From contig JBMOMC010000001.1 in assembly GCA_049325335.1 (NCBI GenBank), forward strand, positions 596,193-660,192: a stretch of DNA of 64,000 nucleotides. Reading direction: 5' to 3'. Shown here piece by piece: positions 54,270 through 64,000 of this stretch (its first letter is position 1; the number at the start of each line of letters is the position of its first letter). The position numbers and the translations under genes were made by a program. This DNA is from Nitrospirota bacterium. Lineage in GTDB: Bacteria; Nitrospirota; Nitrospiria; 2-01-FULL-66-17. The notes under the pieces were generated by a model. The model ran no database searches, had not been told where the DNA came from, and was given only the letters and a program-made list of their open reading frames with translations.

Positions 54270-55688
54270 ATGTCGTCTCGGTTCAGCGTGGCACGCTCCG
54301 TCTTGTCGCTCACCGTGTTCTGCGTCCTCATGTTGGCCGCGCTGGGCCTGCGCCGCCGCCTGTTTCCGCATCCCATGGCGGAGCAAGTCGTGTCGGCGGT
54401 AGACCTGGCGATCGTGGTCGGTATGAGCATGATCGGCGTGGCCGCGGTCATGTTCCGGATCCGGCGGCGCGCCCTGGCCGGGCCGAGCGCGGAGGACCGC
54501 GCCGGTTTTGTCATGCACACCTTCCAGGAAGTGCTCAAGCAGCTCAAGGACAAGGAAGCGGAGCTCGAACAATTGCGTGCGCGGGCGGTGGCGCGGGCGG
54601 AAGACGTCGAGAGTTATCACGGCAACATCCTGCGCAGCATCGCGAGCGGCGTGATTACGTGCGATCCCGCCGGGCGCATCACCACGTTTAATACCGCCGC
54701 GGAGCGCATTTTGGGTTTTGAGGCCGACCATGTGCTCGGCCGCCCGTGCGAGGAGGTGTTCGGAAGCGACACGCCGATTCCGGCCATGGTGCGCGGCTCG
54801 CTGGAGACGCTGGCGCCCATTTCCCGACGCGAGTGGGAATTTCGCCGCCGCGATCGGGACCGAGTGTGCGTCGGGCTCTCCAGCGCGCTGCTGCGCGACC
54901 GAAACGACGACCCCATTGGGGCGGCCTTGGTGTTCACCGACCTGACCGAGATTAAACGACTGGAAGAGCAGGTGGAGTCGGAGCGTCGGCTGGCGGTGTT
55001 GGGAGAGATGTCCGCGTGGATCGCCCACGAGTTCCGCAACTACATGGGCACGATCGCGGGGTGGACCAAGATGTTGGGCAAGCAGACCTCGGAGGGCTCT
55101 CAGCCCCGAGCCATGGTCGAGGCGATCAAGCGCGAATTGGGCACGATGCAGCGCTTGATCGACGACCTGCTCGCGTTCGGCCGACGCATGGAGCCTCACC
55201 TGGAGCGGGTCGCGGTTCGCGACTTGGTGGCGGAGGGCGTGTGCGTGTCCGCGGATCGACGGGACGTCAGTCTGGAGGTATCTTGGGAGACAGGCGTTCC
55301 GGACGAAACCGAGTGGGACCCCACGCTGATGCGACAGGTGCTCAAGAATTTAACCCACAACGCGGTCGATGCGATGGCCAACGGAGGCCGTCTGCGCGTG
55401 GTGATTGCGCGTTCGTCCACGACGGCGGACGCCATTGAACTCGTCATGTCGGACACGGGAAGCGGCATTCCCGCGGAACACGTGGAGCATATCTTCGACC
55501 CATTTTTTACGCTCAAAGCCGGGGGCCACGGGTTGGGCCTCGCGTTGGTCAGCAAGATCGTCGCGGCGCACGGCGGGCGGATCACGGTGCACAGCGTTGA
55601 GGGACAGGGCACCACGTTTACCCTGACCCTCCCGCGCTCCAGTCGTCAGGACGCCGCGCGAACGTGGCGGTTACCCCAAGCCGCATAA
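54270..55688 (+). CDS. PAS sensor histidine kinase (PilS-like context)
   Basis: Two TMs, PAS (FNTAAERILG), AHEFRN, NAVDAM, DTGSGI, GLGL. Confidence 0.9.
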   Translation: MSSRFSVARSVLSLTVFCVLMLAALGLRRRLFPHPMAEQVVSAVDLAIVVGMSMIGVAAVMFRIRRRALAGPSAEDRAGFVMHTFQEVLKQLKDKEAELEQLRARAVARAEDVESYHGNILRSIASGVITCDPAGRITTFNTAAERILGFEADHVLGRPCEEVFGSDTPIPAMVRGSLETLAPISRREWEFRRRDRDRVCVGLSSALLRDRNDDPIGAALVFTDLTEIKRLEEQVESERRLAVLGEMSAWIAHEFRNYMGTIAGWTKMLGKQTSEGSQPRAMVEAIKRELGTMQRLIDDLLAFGRRMEPHLERVAVRDLVAEGVCVSADRRDVSLEVSWETGVPDETEWDPTLMRQVLKNLTHNAVDAMANGGRLRVVIARSSTTADAIELVMSDTGSGIPAEHVEHIFDPFFTLKAGGHGLGLALVSKIVAAHGGRITVHSVEGQGTTFTLTLPRSSRQDAARTWRLPQAA

Positions 55689-55698
55689 GGACGGGCAC

Positions 55699-57120
55699 AT
55701 GCTCACGATTTTGATCGCCGAAGACAACGAGGGAATGGCCTCGATGCTCACCACCGCGGTGAGCGCACAAGGGTACGACGTAATCTGGGCGCGCGACGGC
55801 CGCGAAGCCATTCAGCGGCTGCACGAACGCAAGATCGACTTGGTCGTCACCGACCTGAAAATGCCGCATAAGAGCGGTCTGGATATTCTCCAGGTCGCCA
55901 AGGACCACAACAGCCTGTTGCCGGTCATCCTGATGACCGCGCACGGCACGATCGAAGACGCGGTGCGCGCGGTCAAAGACGGCGCGTACGACTTTCTTCC
56001 CAAACCCTTCGACCCCGACCACCTGTTGTTGTTGATCGAACGGGCGCTGGAAAAACAGCGCTTGGTGACGGAGAACCTGTTGCTCAAAGACGACGCGTCC
56101 GGCCAGACGGGGCTGCCGCGCATCATCGGCAAACATCCGCGCGTGTTGGCGATCGTGGATCAGATCCAACGCGTCGCGACCAGCCGGACCACGGTGTTGT
56201 TGTTGGGGGAAAGCGGCACCGGGAAGGAACTCTTTGCTCGCGCCGTGCACGGCCTCAGTCCGCGTCGCGACGGGGCGTTTGTCGCGATCAATTGCGCGGC
56301 GATCCCCAAGGAGTTGCTCGAGAGCGAATTGTTCGGCCACGAACGCGGCGCGTTTACCGGCGCCACGGATCGCCGCATCGGAAAATTCGAATTGGCCGAC
56401 CACGGGACGATTTTTCTCGACGAGATCGGCGACCTGGATTTGGGACTCCAGGCCAAGCTGCTGCGGGTGCTGGAGGGAGAAGATTTTTGCCGAGTCGGCG
56501 GCACCATGCGGGTCCGGATCGATGTGCGGGTGGTGGCCGCGACGAATAAGGACCTCCGGGCCGCGATCGCGCAGCAGGCATTCCGCGAAGACCTGTATTT
56601 TCGGTTGAGCGTGCTCCCGGTCACGATTCCGCCGCTGCGCGAGCGCCGCGAAGACATTCCCGCGTTGTTGGAGCACTTTTTGGGTCACTTTTGTCGGGAA
56701 TTAAAGCGCGGCCCGAAGCGGCTCTCCGAGGGCGCGTGGCAGGTGATGATGAATCATCCGTGGGCCGGCAACATTCGCGAGTTGCAAAACTGCATCGAGC
56801 GAGCCGTCATTTTGAGCGACGGCGACGTGATCGAGGAAGAACACCTGGGGATCCGGCAACAGGAACTCAGTGAGATCCATGCCCGCGAAATCGCGCTCGA
56901 AGGCACGCTGCACGAGGTGGCCGGGGCCGCGGTACGCATGGCGGAAACGCGCATGATCCGCAAGGTCCTCAAGAGCACGGGCGGCAATAAGAGCCGCGCG
57001 TCGCACATCCTGGGCGTGAGCTACAAAACGCTTCTGACCAAGATCAAAGAGTACGGGATCGAACGGCCGACATCGGCCGGGGCCGTGGAAGAAAAAGAAC
57101 CGCTGTCTCCGGCGGCGTAA
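55699..57120 (+). CDS. sigma54-dependent response regulator (PilR-like)
   Basis: REC (TDLKMP), GESGTGKE, GAFTGA, WAGNIREL, Fis-type HTH. Confidence 0.95.
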   Translation: MLTILIAEDNEGMASMLTTAVSAQGYDVIWARDGREAIQRLHERKIDLVVTDLKMPHKSGLDILQVAKDHNSLLPVILMTAHGTIEDAVRAVKDGAYDFLPKPFDPDHLLLLIERALEKQRLVTENLLLKDDASGQTGLPRIIGKHPRVLAIVDQIQRVATSRTTVLLLGESGTGKELFARAVHGLSPRRDGAFVAINCAAIPKELLESELFGHERGAFTGATDRRIGKFELADHGTIFLDEIGDLDLGLQAKLLRVLEGEDFCRVGGTMRVRIDVRVVAATNKDLRAAIAQQAFREDLYFRLSVLPVTIPPLRERREDIPALLEHFLGHFCRELKRGPKRLSEGAWQVMMNHPWAGNIRELQNCIERAVILSDGDVIEEEHLGIRQQELSEIHAREIALEGTLHEVAGAAVRMAETRMIRKVLKSTGGNKSRASHILGVSYKTLLTKIKEYGIERPTSAGAVEEKEPLSPAA

Positions 57121-57279
57121 GCCCGCCTCCCTCCCGGTTGTCGTGGGTTGCTCGGAAGGGGCGCGGCATACCGGACCCTTCCTGAGGGATCGTTCATACC
57201 GCACGCGCCCAGCCTGAACGGCTGATCAGTCGGAACAGGCGCCTCGTGGCCGCGAGGGCCTCAGACGCGCTTCCGGCCG

Positions 57280-57295
57280 TGGCACGGCTCTTGGA
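57280..57295 (+). promoter_or_regulatory. sigma54 promoter candidate (imperfect -12)
   Basis: TGGCAC-GGCTC-TTGGA upstream of the fimT-like gene. Confidence 0.5.
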
Positions 57296-57308
57296 TTGTG
57301 ATCCGGAC

Positions 57309-57803
57309 ATGTTGCCGACCGGGTTACGAGATCACGCGGGGTATACGGTCGTCGAATTGCTCGTCACGCTCGCGGTGCTGGGGATTCTCGGCACCATGGC
57401 GTGGCCCAGCGCGGCGGATGTGATCGAGCGGACCGAGCTGGCCACGGCCGCCCGCGTCTTGGCCGGGGACATTCAGCACGCGCAACGGGAGGCCAGGGCG
57501 ACCGGGCAACGGCTCGCCCTGGTAGTAGACACCGCCGCCGGTTCCTACACCACGCGGTTTCCAGACGGCGCACGCCGCGGGCACCACCTTCCCAGGGCCC
57601 TGACGTTCGGCGCTCCGGACGATCCAGAGTCGGACGGCGTCACGTTTCGCGACAACACCATCTGGGTTGCGCCCAGACCGGGGCCTCAGAGCAGCGTGGG
57701 AGCGCTCACCATTCGAACGCGACACGGCGCGGCGCGGAGGGTCACGGTCAGCCTCACCGGACACACCGCGATCGCGGTGTGGGAGGGGTCTCGATGGCGC
57801 TGA
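57309..57803 (+). CDS. FimT/GspH-like minor pilin
   Basis: Prepilin motif G|YTVVELLVTLAVLG. Confidence 0.8.
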   Translation: MLPTGLRDHAGYTVVELLVTLAVLGILGTMAWPSAADVIERTELATAARVLAGDIQHAQREARATGQRLALVVDTAAGSYTTRFPDGARRGHHLPRALTFGAPDDPESDGVTFRDNTIWVAPRPGPQSSVGALTIRTRHGAARRVTVSLTGHTAIAVWEGSRWR

Positions 57804-58216
57804 AGCGAACGAACCGACGGGAACGCGGATTCAGCGCCATCGAGACCCTCATCGCGTTGGTGATTCTCACCATTGGGATGACTGCCACCGCAACCGGCTT
57901 GACCGAAGGTCGCCGCGTGGCCGCGGAAGCGGATGTGCGTCAGCGCGCGATCTGGCTGGCATACGACAAGATGACCGAGAAGATCGCCTTGGGCTACGAC
58001 GCGGTCCGGACGTCCGGCGGCCCGATCGAGCAGGTAATGAACGGCGTCCTCGTCGGCGCGGACGAGGACGCCGGGATCACGCGCCGGTGGTGGGTCGAAC
58101 CGGGATGGGCCGACCGGGAATTGGTTCGCGTGGTGGTGCGCACCGAGTGGACGCGGCGCAACGAGCGCCGGACGCAGATTTTAGTCGGGCTGCTCGCCAG
58201 TGGGTTGGCGCCGTGA
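57794..58216 (+). CDS. PilV-like minor pilin (set 1)
   Basis: RERG|FSAIETLIALVIL. Confidence 0.8.
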   Translation: MALKRTNRRERGFSAIETLIALVILTIGMTATATGLTEGRRVAAEADVRQRAIWLAYDKMTEKIALGYDAVRTSGGPIEQVMNGVLVGADEDAGITRRWWVEPGWADRELVRVVVRTEWTRRNERRTQILVGLLASGLAP

Positions 58217-58941
58217 GCGTCTGGGACAACAACAGGGTGGGGCGCACGAGCGAGCGCGGCGCGACCGCGGTCGAATTACTGGCGGCGACCGCCTCCGGCC
58301 TGCTGCTCGCCGCCCTGTGCAGCCATACATTTTTAGTATCTCACGCCACGTACCGTTCCGCGGCGGCGCGGATGGATCGCGATCAGCGCGCGCAATTCGC
58401 GCTCGCGCTGATCAGCGCCGAAGTCGGGGCACTCCTTGACGCGTCCGCGTCAACCGGATGTCCCGACCGCGGCATTCGGATCGCGACCGGGCGGATGGAG
58501 TTCTCCGCGAATCTCTACGACCGAGACACCGCGCTGGCGGCCCCGGCGTCGGTGGGAAGCCGCGAGGTGATGGTCGACGCGGGGAGCGTCGTCGAAGTCG
58601 GCGATATGGTGCAGATTACGGACCCCGGCGACCTCGCCGACCCCTCCGATGACGCGGCCGAGTGCGCGGTGATCGAAGACACGGCCGGCGACCGGCTGAC
58701 ATTGACGAGCGCGCTCGCGCGCTCGTTCCCGGCGTGGAGTCCGGCGGTCTTGCTCAACCGTGTGACGTACCGACTCGACGGACAAGGGCGTCTCATGCGC
58801 ACCCAAGACCGGGGCACGCAACGGATCGCCGACCAGGTCGCGGGGTTCGACGCGGCGCAGGACGGCCGACTGCTCACGCTCCGGCTCACCATGCAAGACG
58901 GGCCCACGCTCATACGCCGTCTGCTGGTGGAGAACCCATGA
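58213..58941 (+). CDS. PilW-like minor pilin (set 1)
   Basis: GTG start overlapping the upstream stop; ERG|ATAVELLAA; Q.A.FAL.LI. Confidence 0.7.
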   Translation: MSVWDNNRVGRTSERGATAVELLAATASGLLLAALCSHTFLVSHATYRSAAARMDRDQRAQFALALISAEVGALLDASASTGCPDRGIRIATGRMEFSANLYDRDTALAAPASVGSREVMVDAGSVVEVGDMVQITDPGDLADPSDDAAECAVIEDTAGDRLTLTSALARSFPAWSPAVLLNRVTYRLDGQGRLMRTQDRGTQRIADQVAGFDAAQDGRLLTLRLTMQDGPTLIRRLLVENP

Positions 58942-60383
58942 TGACGCGCCGCTCCGAGCGCGGCGCGATCGCCGCGTACGCATTGGCGATCCTCGCGGTC
59001 GCTTCCATCCTTACCGGCGCCTGGTTGCGCCTGGTGGGCGGGAAGGTGGCGTCGGCGAGCCTTGACGGGCGTGATGCGCAGGCGCGGTTGCTGGCGGAGG
59101 CGGGGCTCGAACGCGCGCTGGCCTGGTTTGCCGAGCCGTCGGGGATGGATGCGCAGGTCGAGCTTGGTCCGACCAGCGAGTGCGATCCGACCGCGGACCG
59201 CGGCGCGGTGTTGCGCAAGCGGTGTGTCGGGCCTGACGGCCTGCCCGCGTATGTCGGCGTTGACGGGTCCCGGCAGTTTGTCGGAACCGCCGACAGCCCG
59301 GGTCTGCGCATGATCTGGACCGACGCGTCGATCCTGTTCACCCCGCCATCGGACTCGGATGAGCGGCGGGGCGGACCGAACCAGGCGCGGGTCGAAGTCC
59401 GCGTGTTTGCGCCCCGCAGTCTCGACGCCGTCGCCACGGTGGTGAGCGTGGCCGCGGCGGATCGCGCGTCCGCCGCGGTCCGAGCGGAGCTGATCGACGG
59501 TCCCTGGCAAGGACTCCCGCATGCCGTGGCCGCGCGGGACCTCGGCGCGAATACCATTCCGGTCCGCGTGCATTGGGGCTCCGTGGCCGTGAACGGCTCG
59601 GTGGACCTGAGCGCGCTGCTGGATCGCGTGCCGCGGCGCGACGCGTCGGCGGTGCTCTCGGGCTCGCCGTATCCGAGCGAGCCGGGACGCGATCGGTGGG
59701 CGGGCGTTTCGGCCGCCGGAACCATCGTGGGACCGCCTCGCGACGCCTCGGGGTTTCTCCCGCCGTTCCAACACGTGGACGACGGCGCCCCAGTCGGTCC
59801 AATCCGGATCTGGTCGCACGCGGCGCTGCGGGCCTTTGCCAGAGCACGCGGGACCTACTTCGCCACGCGCGGGACCGGCCTGCTCTACCCGGCCGACGGC
59901 GGCCCGGGCGTGTCACCGTCCACGGCCCTGGCCGCGCACTCAGGCTCGGGACGCGTGGTGTTTATCGACACCCTGGACGGCTTGCCGCCGCGCGCGGACA
60001 ACCTCGACACGGTGCAGATCGCCATCGACCACCTCGAAATCACTCTCTACGCGGGCGCGCATGTCCGCCTCAGCCCCGGCGCCGGACGGTCCGTCACCGT
60101 GGATGCGCCGCCCGCGCCGGACGATCCGTTCGGCCCGCCCGCGGCGCGCGGGGTCACGGTCAACTCCGTGCACCTTCGCGGCGCGCTGATGGTCGCGGGG
60201 GAGCTCTCGACCACCGGGCGCGTGAATGTCGTGGGGGCGCTCGTGGCGTGGCGCGGCGTGCAGGACCCGGGCGCGGTCGAAGTGTGGTACGACGCGTCGT
60301 TGCGGCGAGGGTACCACCCGGGATTCCCTCCGGTCGTGATCAAACCCGGATCACGCCGCGCGGTCATCATCAACAGTCCATAA
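58938..60383 (+). CDS. long PilX-like protein (set 1)
   Basis: ERG|AIAAYALAIL, QARLLAEAGLERAL PilX N-terminal motif. Confidence 0.7.
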   Translation: MMTRRSERGAIAAYALAILAVASILTGAWLRLVGGKVASASLDGRDAQARLLAEAGLERALAWFAEPSGMDAQVELGPTSECDPTADRGAVLRKRCVGPDGLPAYVGVDGSRQFVGTADSPGLRMIWTDASILFTPPSDSDERRGGPNQARVEVRVFAPRSLDAVATVVSVAAADRASAAVRAELIDGPWQGLPHAVAARDLGANTIPVRVHWGSVAVNGSVDLSALLDRVPRRDASAVLSGSPYPSEPGRDRWAGVSAAGTIVGPPRDASGFLPPFQHVDDGAPVGPIRIWSHAALRAFARARGTYFATRGTGLLYPADGGPGVSPSTALAAHSGSGRVVFIDTLDGLPPRADNLDTVQIAIDHLEITLYAGAHVRLSPGAGRSVTVDAPPAPDDPFGPPAARGVTVNSVHLRGALMVAGELSTTGRVNVVGALVAWRGVQDPGAVEVWYDASLRRGYHPGFPPVVIKPGSRRAVIINSP

Positions 60384-60499
60384 GTGCGCGATTTCCGCCG
60401 CCCGACTCGTCCGACAGAGTAACGCGCTACATAGGTATGGTCTCCGCCACCGTGCGGCGCGTCCGCGCCGCGGCCGCGCATCCGAGCGCGACCGTGAGT

Positions 60500-60543
60500 T
60501 ATCAATCACTTGCGCGCTGCGCGAATCGGGCACGGAACATGCT
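60500..60543 (+). promoter_or_regulatory. IHF-like site plus sigma54 promoter
   Basis: TATCAATCACTTG (60500-60512) fits WATCARNNNNTTR; GGCAC-GGAAC-ATGCT (60529-60543) has correctly spaced -24 GG and -12 GC. Confidence 0.65.
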
Positions 60544-60582
60544 CCGTCAGGACGGCGAACGGGTTGAACGGGAGATCTCAGC

Positions 60583-61002
60583 ATGCGATCAGAAGCCGGG
60601 TTTTCATTGTTGGAACTGCTGATAGCGATGTCAATTTTGTCGGTGGGGTTAATGGCCACGCTGAACATGCAGTCCACGGCGCTGGGGGCCGATGGCTTAG
60701 CTCAACGCACCACCGCGGCGGCCGGGGTCGCGCGCGCCGCACTGGAAGAACTCCTCTCGCGGTCGGACTCGGCGGCGATTTTTACCACCGCGTCTGCGGG
60801 CGTGTTTGACCTCGATCCACAAACCGCGGCGAACACCCTCACCGTGCAGGGGATCGTGTTTAACGCCACGCTTACGGTCACGCCCAACGCCACGGTTGAC
60901 GGAGTGACGGTTCCGGGATTGACCCAAATGGTGCTGACCGTGACCGGCAGCGATCGAACGCTCACCATGACGGGGTACAAGAAAACGCAGGGGCCGGTAT
61001 GA
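60583..61002 (+). CDS. pilV: type IV minor pilin PilV (set 2)
   Basis: G|FSLLELLIAMSILSVGLM. Confidence 0.82.
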   Translation: MRSEAGFSLLELLIAMSILSVGLMATLNMQSTALGADGLAQRTTAAAGVARAALEELLSRSDSAAIFTTASAGVFDLDPQTAANTLTVQGIVFNATLTVTPNATVDGVTVPGLTQMVLTVTGSDRTLTMTGYKKTQGPV

Positions 61003-61997
61003 CCAAGAACATGCGACAGCGCAACCGATGTGTAGAGGCTGGATTTAGCCTGATCGAGTTGATGATAGTCCTCGCGATCTTCGGCGTGGTGGTCGGCGCG
61101 ATCAACACCTTGTACGTCGCGCACCAACGGTCGGCCACGGTGGAAGGCGAGGTGGTGGATGTCCAGCAGAACCTGCGCATCGCCATGGATCAGATCACCC
61201 GGGATATTTCAATGGCGGGGTTTGCGTTGAAGGGGATCCAGGTGGGCGGGGTCGACGTAAATCCGGTCAACGCGGTGACAAACAATGCCTCTCCCACCGC
61301 GGACATGTTGACGATAAACACGGCGGGGGAATCCATCGTGGTGTCAACCATCGACAATTCCGTCGGAGAAGTCAACCTGGCGGCCGGTGCCCTGCTCAAT
61401 CTCTCGGTCCGCGTGATCGCGGGCACGGTCGGGGGATTTGAGCAGTCCGACGAGGGGGCGAGCAAGGTCCGTATCGTCAATCTCAACGGAGAACCCGTCG
61501 CCCCCACCGCCCCGGCGACGGACATGGTCTTCACCGTGGTCCAGGTCAATCCGGATACGGATCCATGCGGCGCGGTTCCAGCTCCCTGTCTGCAATTGCG
61601 CGCCGACGTGGCCGGAACGGGAACGGTGGAAAAAGGCGACAACATCATCCGGACCAATGTGGTGGGCGGGGCCGAAGACTTTCCCCATACCGTGCGGTAT
61701 TCGGTGGCGGCGTGCCCCGCGCCCCTGGCCGGCAACTGTTTGATGCGCACGCTCACGCCGGCGCCGTTGGGCGGTGCGCAGGTGGTGGCGACCAACATCA
61801 GCGACGTACAGTTTCGGTATTTGCTCAGCGGGACCACGGAGGTGGACGCCCCGACCGCGGCGCAGATGAGTTCGATTCGCGCGATTCGGGTCACCATCTC
61901 AGGACAAGTGGTGGACACGGCGGCCGCGGCCGGGGGGAACCTCAAAACCCGCACCCTGATGTCCGTGGCGGCGATACGCAATGCCAGCATTCCCTAA
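60999..61997 (+). CDS. pilW: type IV minor pilin PilW (set 2)
   Basis: G|FSLIELMIVL, QQNLRIAMDQITRDISMAG. Confidence 0.85.
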   Translation: MTKNMRQRNRCVEAGFSLIELMIVLAIFGVVVGAINTLYVAHQRSATVEGEVVDVQQNLRIAMDQITRDISMAGFALKGIQVGGVDVNPVNAVTNNASPTADMLTINTAGESIVVSTIDNSVGEVNLAAGALLNLSVRVIAGTVGGFEQSDEGASKVRIVNLNGEPVAPTAPATDMVFTVVQVNPDTDPCGAVPAPCLQLRADVAGTGTVEKGDNIIRTNVVGGAEDFPHTVRYSVAACPAPLAGNCLMRTLTPAPLGGAQVVATNISDVQFRYLLSGTTEVDAPTAAQMSSIRAIRVTISGQVVDTAAAAGGNLKTRTLMSVAAIRNASIP

Positions 61998-62009
61998 CGG
62001 AGGAGTCGT

Positions 62010-62450
62010 GTGAACGGACACAATCATGAACGCGGCGTCGCCTTGGTGCTCTCGCTCTGGATGTTGGTGCTGTTGGGATTGGTCGGCAGCATGATGTTGG
62101 CGTCATCCACGGTGGAGGTCAGGATCGCGGCGAACGACCGAAACGCGCAAAGCGCGTTATTGACCGCGGACGCGGCTGCTGAATTCGCCAAGGCCAATCC
62201 CGCGATCTACACCGGCATCGGCGAGGGAAGCGTGACGGACCCGTCCATGACCATCTCGGGCTACGACGCGGAGAACGTGACCGTCACCTACCTGACGTCC
62301 GGGCCGCCGCCAAACGATCTTCCGGGCGACATTGCTTTTGACTCAAGTAAGTTTAAGACGGTCCACTATGCCATTGAGGCCACGGGCGTGGGCCCGAACA
62401 ACACCCAGGCGATGGTCGAAGTTCAGTTCGGCAGAGTGGTTCCCAAGTAA
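62010..62450 (+). CDS. pilX: PilX N-terminal domain protein (set 2)
   Basis: ERG|VALVLSL (no Glu5), IAANDRNAQSALLTADA. Confidence 0.82.
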   Translation: MNGHNHERGVALVLSLWMLVLLGLVGSMMLASSTVEVRIAANDRNAQSALLTADAAAEFAKANPAIYTGIGEGSVTDPSMTISGYDAENVTVTYLTSGPPPNDLPGDIAFDSSKFKTVHYAIEATGVGPNNTQAMVEVQFGRVVPK

Positions 62451-62464
62451 ACAGGAGGCGCGCC

Positions 62465-62923
62465 GTGAACACATTCTCCCTACAAGACGGTTTCCACATC
62501 CGACGAAGTCCTACGAGCCGCATTGGTCTTGCCGCCGTGGTTGCGGTCTGCATGGCGGCGGTGCTGGGGTCAGCCACGCAAGCGGCTGATGCGGGAGCAG
62601 CGCCCTATGCCGCCACGAGGGTGGCCGACTCCGAACGTGGGTCGGATCGAGAGTACAACCCGGAGAAAGAGTATTCGGGCATGTTCGAGTCCGCCAGGAT
62701 TTACCATATCGCGCACCACACCGAGGGCTGGGCCGGCAGCAAGCGCCCGGCGCGGCTCAACCAGATCACGTGTCGGGAAGCCCGAACCGCGTTGGAAGAG
62801 CGCGGGTTTTGGCGCGGGCCGCTCAGCGTTACGGGGGGGTGTGGGGCTGGTGAACCCACGGAGTGGGCCACCGGCAACTTTTTGAATTTCCAATCCAACA
62901 GCCATGACGGCTCGGAAAGTTAG
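62465..62923 (+). CDS. secreted hypothetical protein resembling the PilY1 vWA insert
   Basis: AGGAGG RBS, signal-like segment ending QAA, YNP...Y, C..AR.AL...G.W, L...GGC, ATGNFLNF. Confidence 0.65.
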   Translation: MNTFSLQDGFHIRRSPTSRIGLAAVVAVCMAAVLGSATQAADAGAAPYAATRVADSERGSDREYNPEKEYSGMFESARIYHIAHHTEGWAGSKRPARLNQITCREARTALEERGFWRGPLSVTGGCGAGEPTEWATGNFLNFQSNSHDGSES

Positions 62924-62967
62924 CTCACGTGGCGTTGACTGGACGTGGATCTGAGGGGAGGTTGACG

Positions 62968-64000
62968 ATGAAAACCGTACTGAGAGTCCTGATACTGGGC
63001 ATGGCCGTGGTCTTGCCGTCGGTGGCTGGCGCAGCGGCCGACCTATATTTGGGGGACACCGCGATCTTCGGCGGCGGCCCATCGAACGTGCAGCCCAATG
63101 TGATGATCATCCTTGATACCTCAGGGAGCATGAACGACGAGGCCGCGCCGGGCAACCCCTACGACCCCAATATTACGTATACGGTGAGCAATAGCTGCGC
63201 GGGCGGAGCCTGTTCCGCCAACACCGTGTACCGGTGTACCGCGTTCGGGTTGGAATGCGGGAATTGGACCCCGCACGTGGCCAATGTGAGCAGCGTGACT
63301 ACGGCCTGCGGCGGAAGCAACCCCAGAAACAGCTTGCAGACCACGGGGCAGTGGAACAGCGGCTGGAGGAGGCTTCAGACATCGGGGGCGTGCGCCACCG
63401 GGAACGGGATCTACGCGTTGGGCAACTGGATCAACTGGCGCAGCGAGGTGGGGGCGCCGGAACCCAAAATCGACATTGCCAAACGGGTGGTGACGAACAT
63501 CGTGCAAAGCACCACCGGCGTGAAGTTGGGGTTGATGGTGTTCAACAACAACCAGGGCGGGATCATCCGCAGATACAACTCCTACACCGCCTCGGTGAAG
63601 GATATGGACGCGATTTTCAGCGGGACCACCACCAACCGCCAGGCCTTGGTCAACGCGATCTCGCCGATCGTGGCGAATTCGTGGACCCCGCTGGCGGAAA
63701 GCCTTTATGAATCCATGTTGTACTTCAAAGGGGCGCAGAGCTATTTCGATACCCCGACCTACATGTACACGTCGCCGATCGAGGCCGCGTGCCAGCAAAA
63801 CTACGTGGTGATCGTGACCGACGGGATGTCTACCCAGGATAGGGACACCGCGCTCCAATCGATCTGCACCACCGGGGCGAACGGCATTCCCGGCGACTGC
63901 AACCAGGATGGACACGAGCCGGCCAATGACCCGGCCAAAACCTACCCCAACAGCGGGTCGGACTATTTGGATGACGTGGCTAAATACATGCACGATACCG
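62968..64000 (+). CDS. pilY1: PilY1-like vWA-domain pilus tip adhesin (5' part, runs off window)
   Basis: Not in the ORF track. MKTVLRVLILG..., PNVMIILDTSGSM (MIDAS), TPLAESLYE, CQQNYVVIVTDG, YLDDVAKY. Confidence 0.9.
   Translation, partial: MKTVLRVLILGMAVVLPSVAGAAADLYLGDTAIFGGGPSNVQPNVMIILDTSGSMNDEAAPGNPYDPNITYTVSNSCAGGACSANTVYRCTAFGLECGNWTPHVANVSSVTTACGGSNPRNSLQTTGQWNSGWRRLQTSGACATGNGIYALGNWINWRSEVGAPEPKIDIAKRVVTNIVQSTTGVKLGLMVFNNNQGGIIRRYNSYTASVKDMDAIFSGTTTNRQALVNAISPIVANSWTPLAESLYESMLYFKGAQSYFDTPTYMYTSPIEAACQQNYVVIVTDGMSTQDRDTALQSICTTGANGIPGDCNQDGHEPANDPAKTYPNSGSDYLDDVAKYMHDT

Noticed and set aside
63121..63993. 290-aa minus-strand ORF at the window end
   Set aside because: Antisense shadow of pilY1.

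Overview
GC-rich chromosomal window from a diderm bacterium (Nitrospirota-like is my unverified guess) spanning the replication origin. Core genes: mnmG (partial), mnmE-yidC-yidD-rnpA-rpmH, pyrE, tig-clpP-clpX, five tRNAs, rph-rdgB, ssrA/smpB, dciA, dnaA-dnaN-gyrB-gyrA, oriC (about 41.75-42.09 kb), ilvE, nth, smc, a perfect parS site, and a type IV pilus locus (pilD, PilS/PilR-like pair, two minor-pilin sets, pilY1). Accessory parts: a PEP-CTERM gene plus a dead BrnT/BrnA pair splitting mnmE from mnmG, and a decaying defence-like patch downstream of ssrA. Best candidates for undescribed systems: (1) an operon with a JAB/MPN+ metalloenzyme between two DUF151 bifunctional-nuclease paralogues; (2) an operon of LolA-like protein, output-less Cache-HAMP-GAF receptor, ECF sigma and an anti-sigma with a periplasmic CxxCH; (3) a small secreted protein resembling a stand-alone copy of the Cys-rich insert in the neighbouring PilY1 vWA domain; (4) a FadL channel co-encoded with a three-kinase phosphorelay. 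All calls come from reading motifs by eye; no searches were run.
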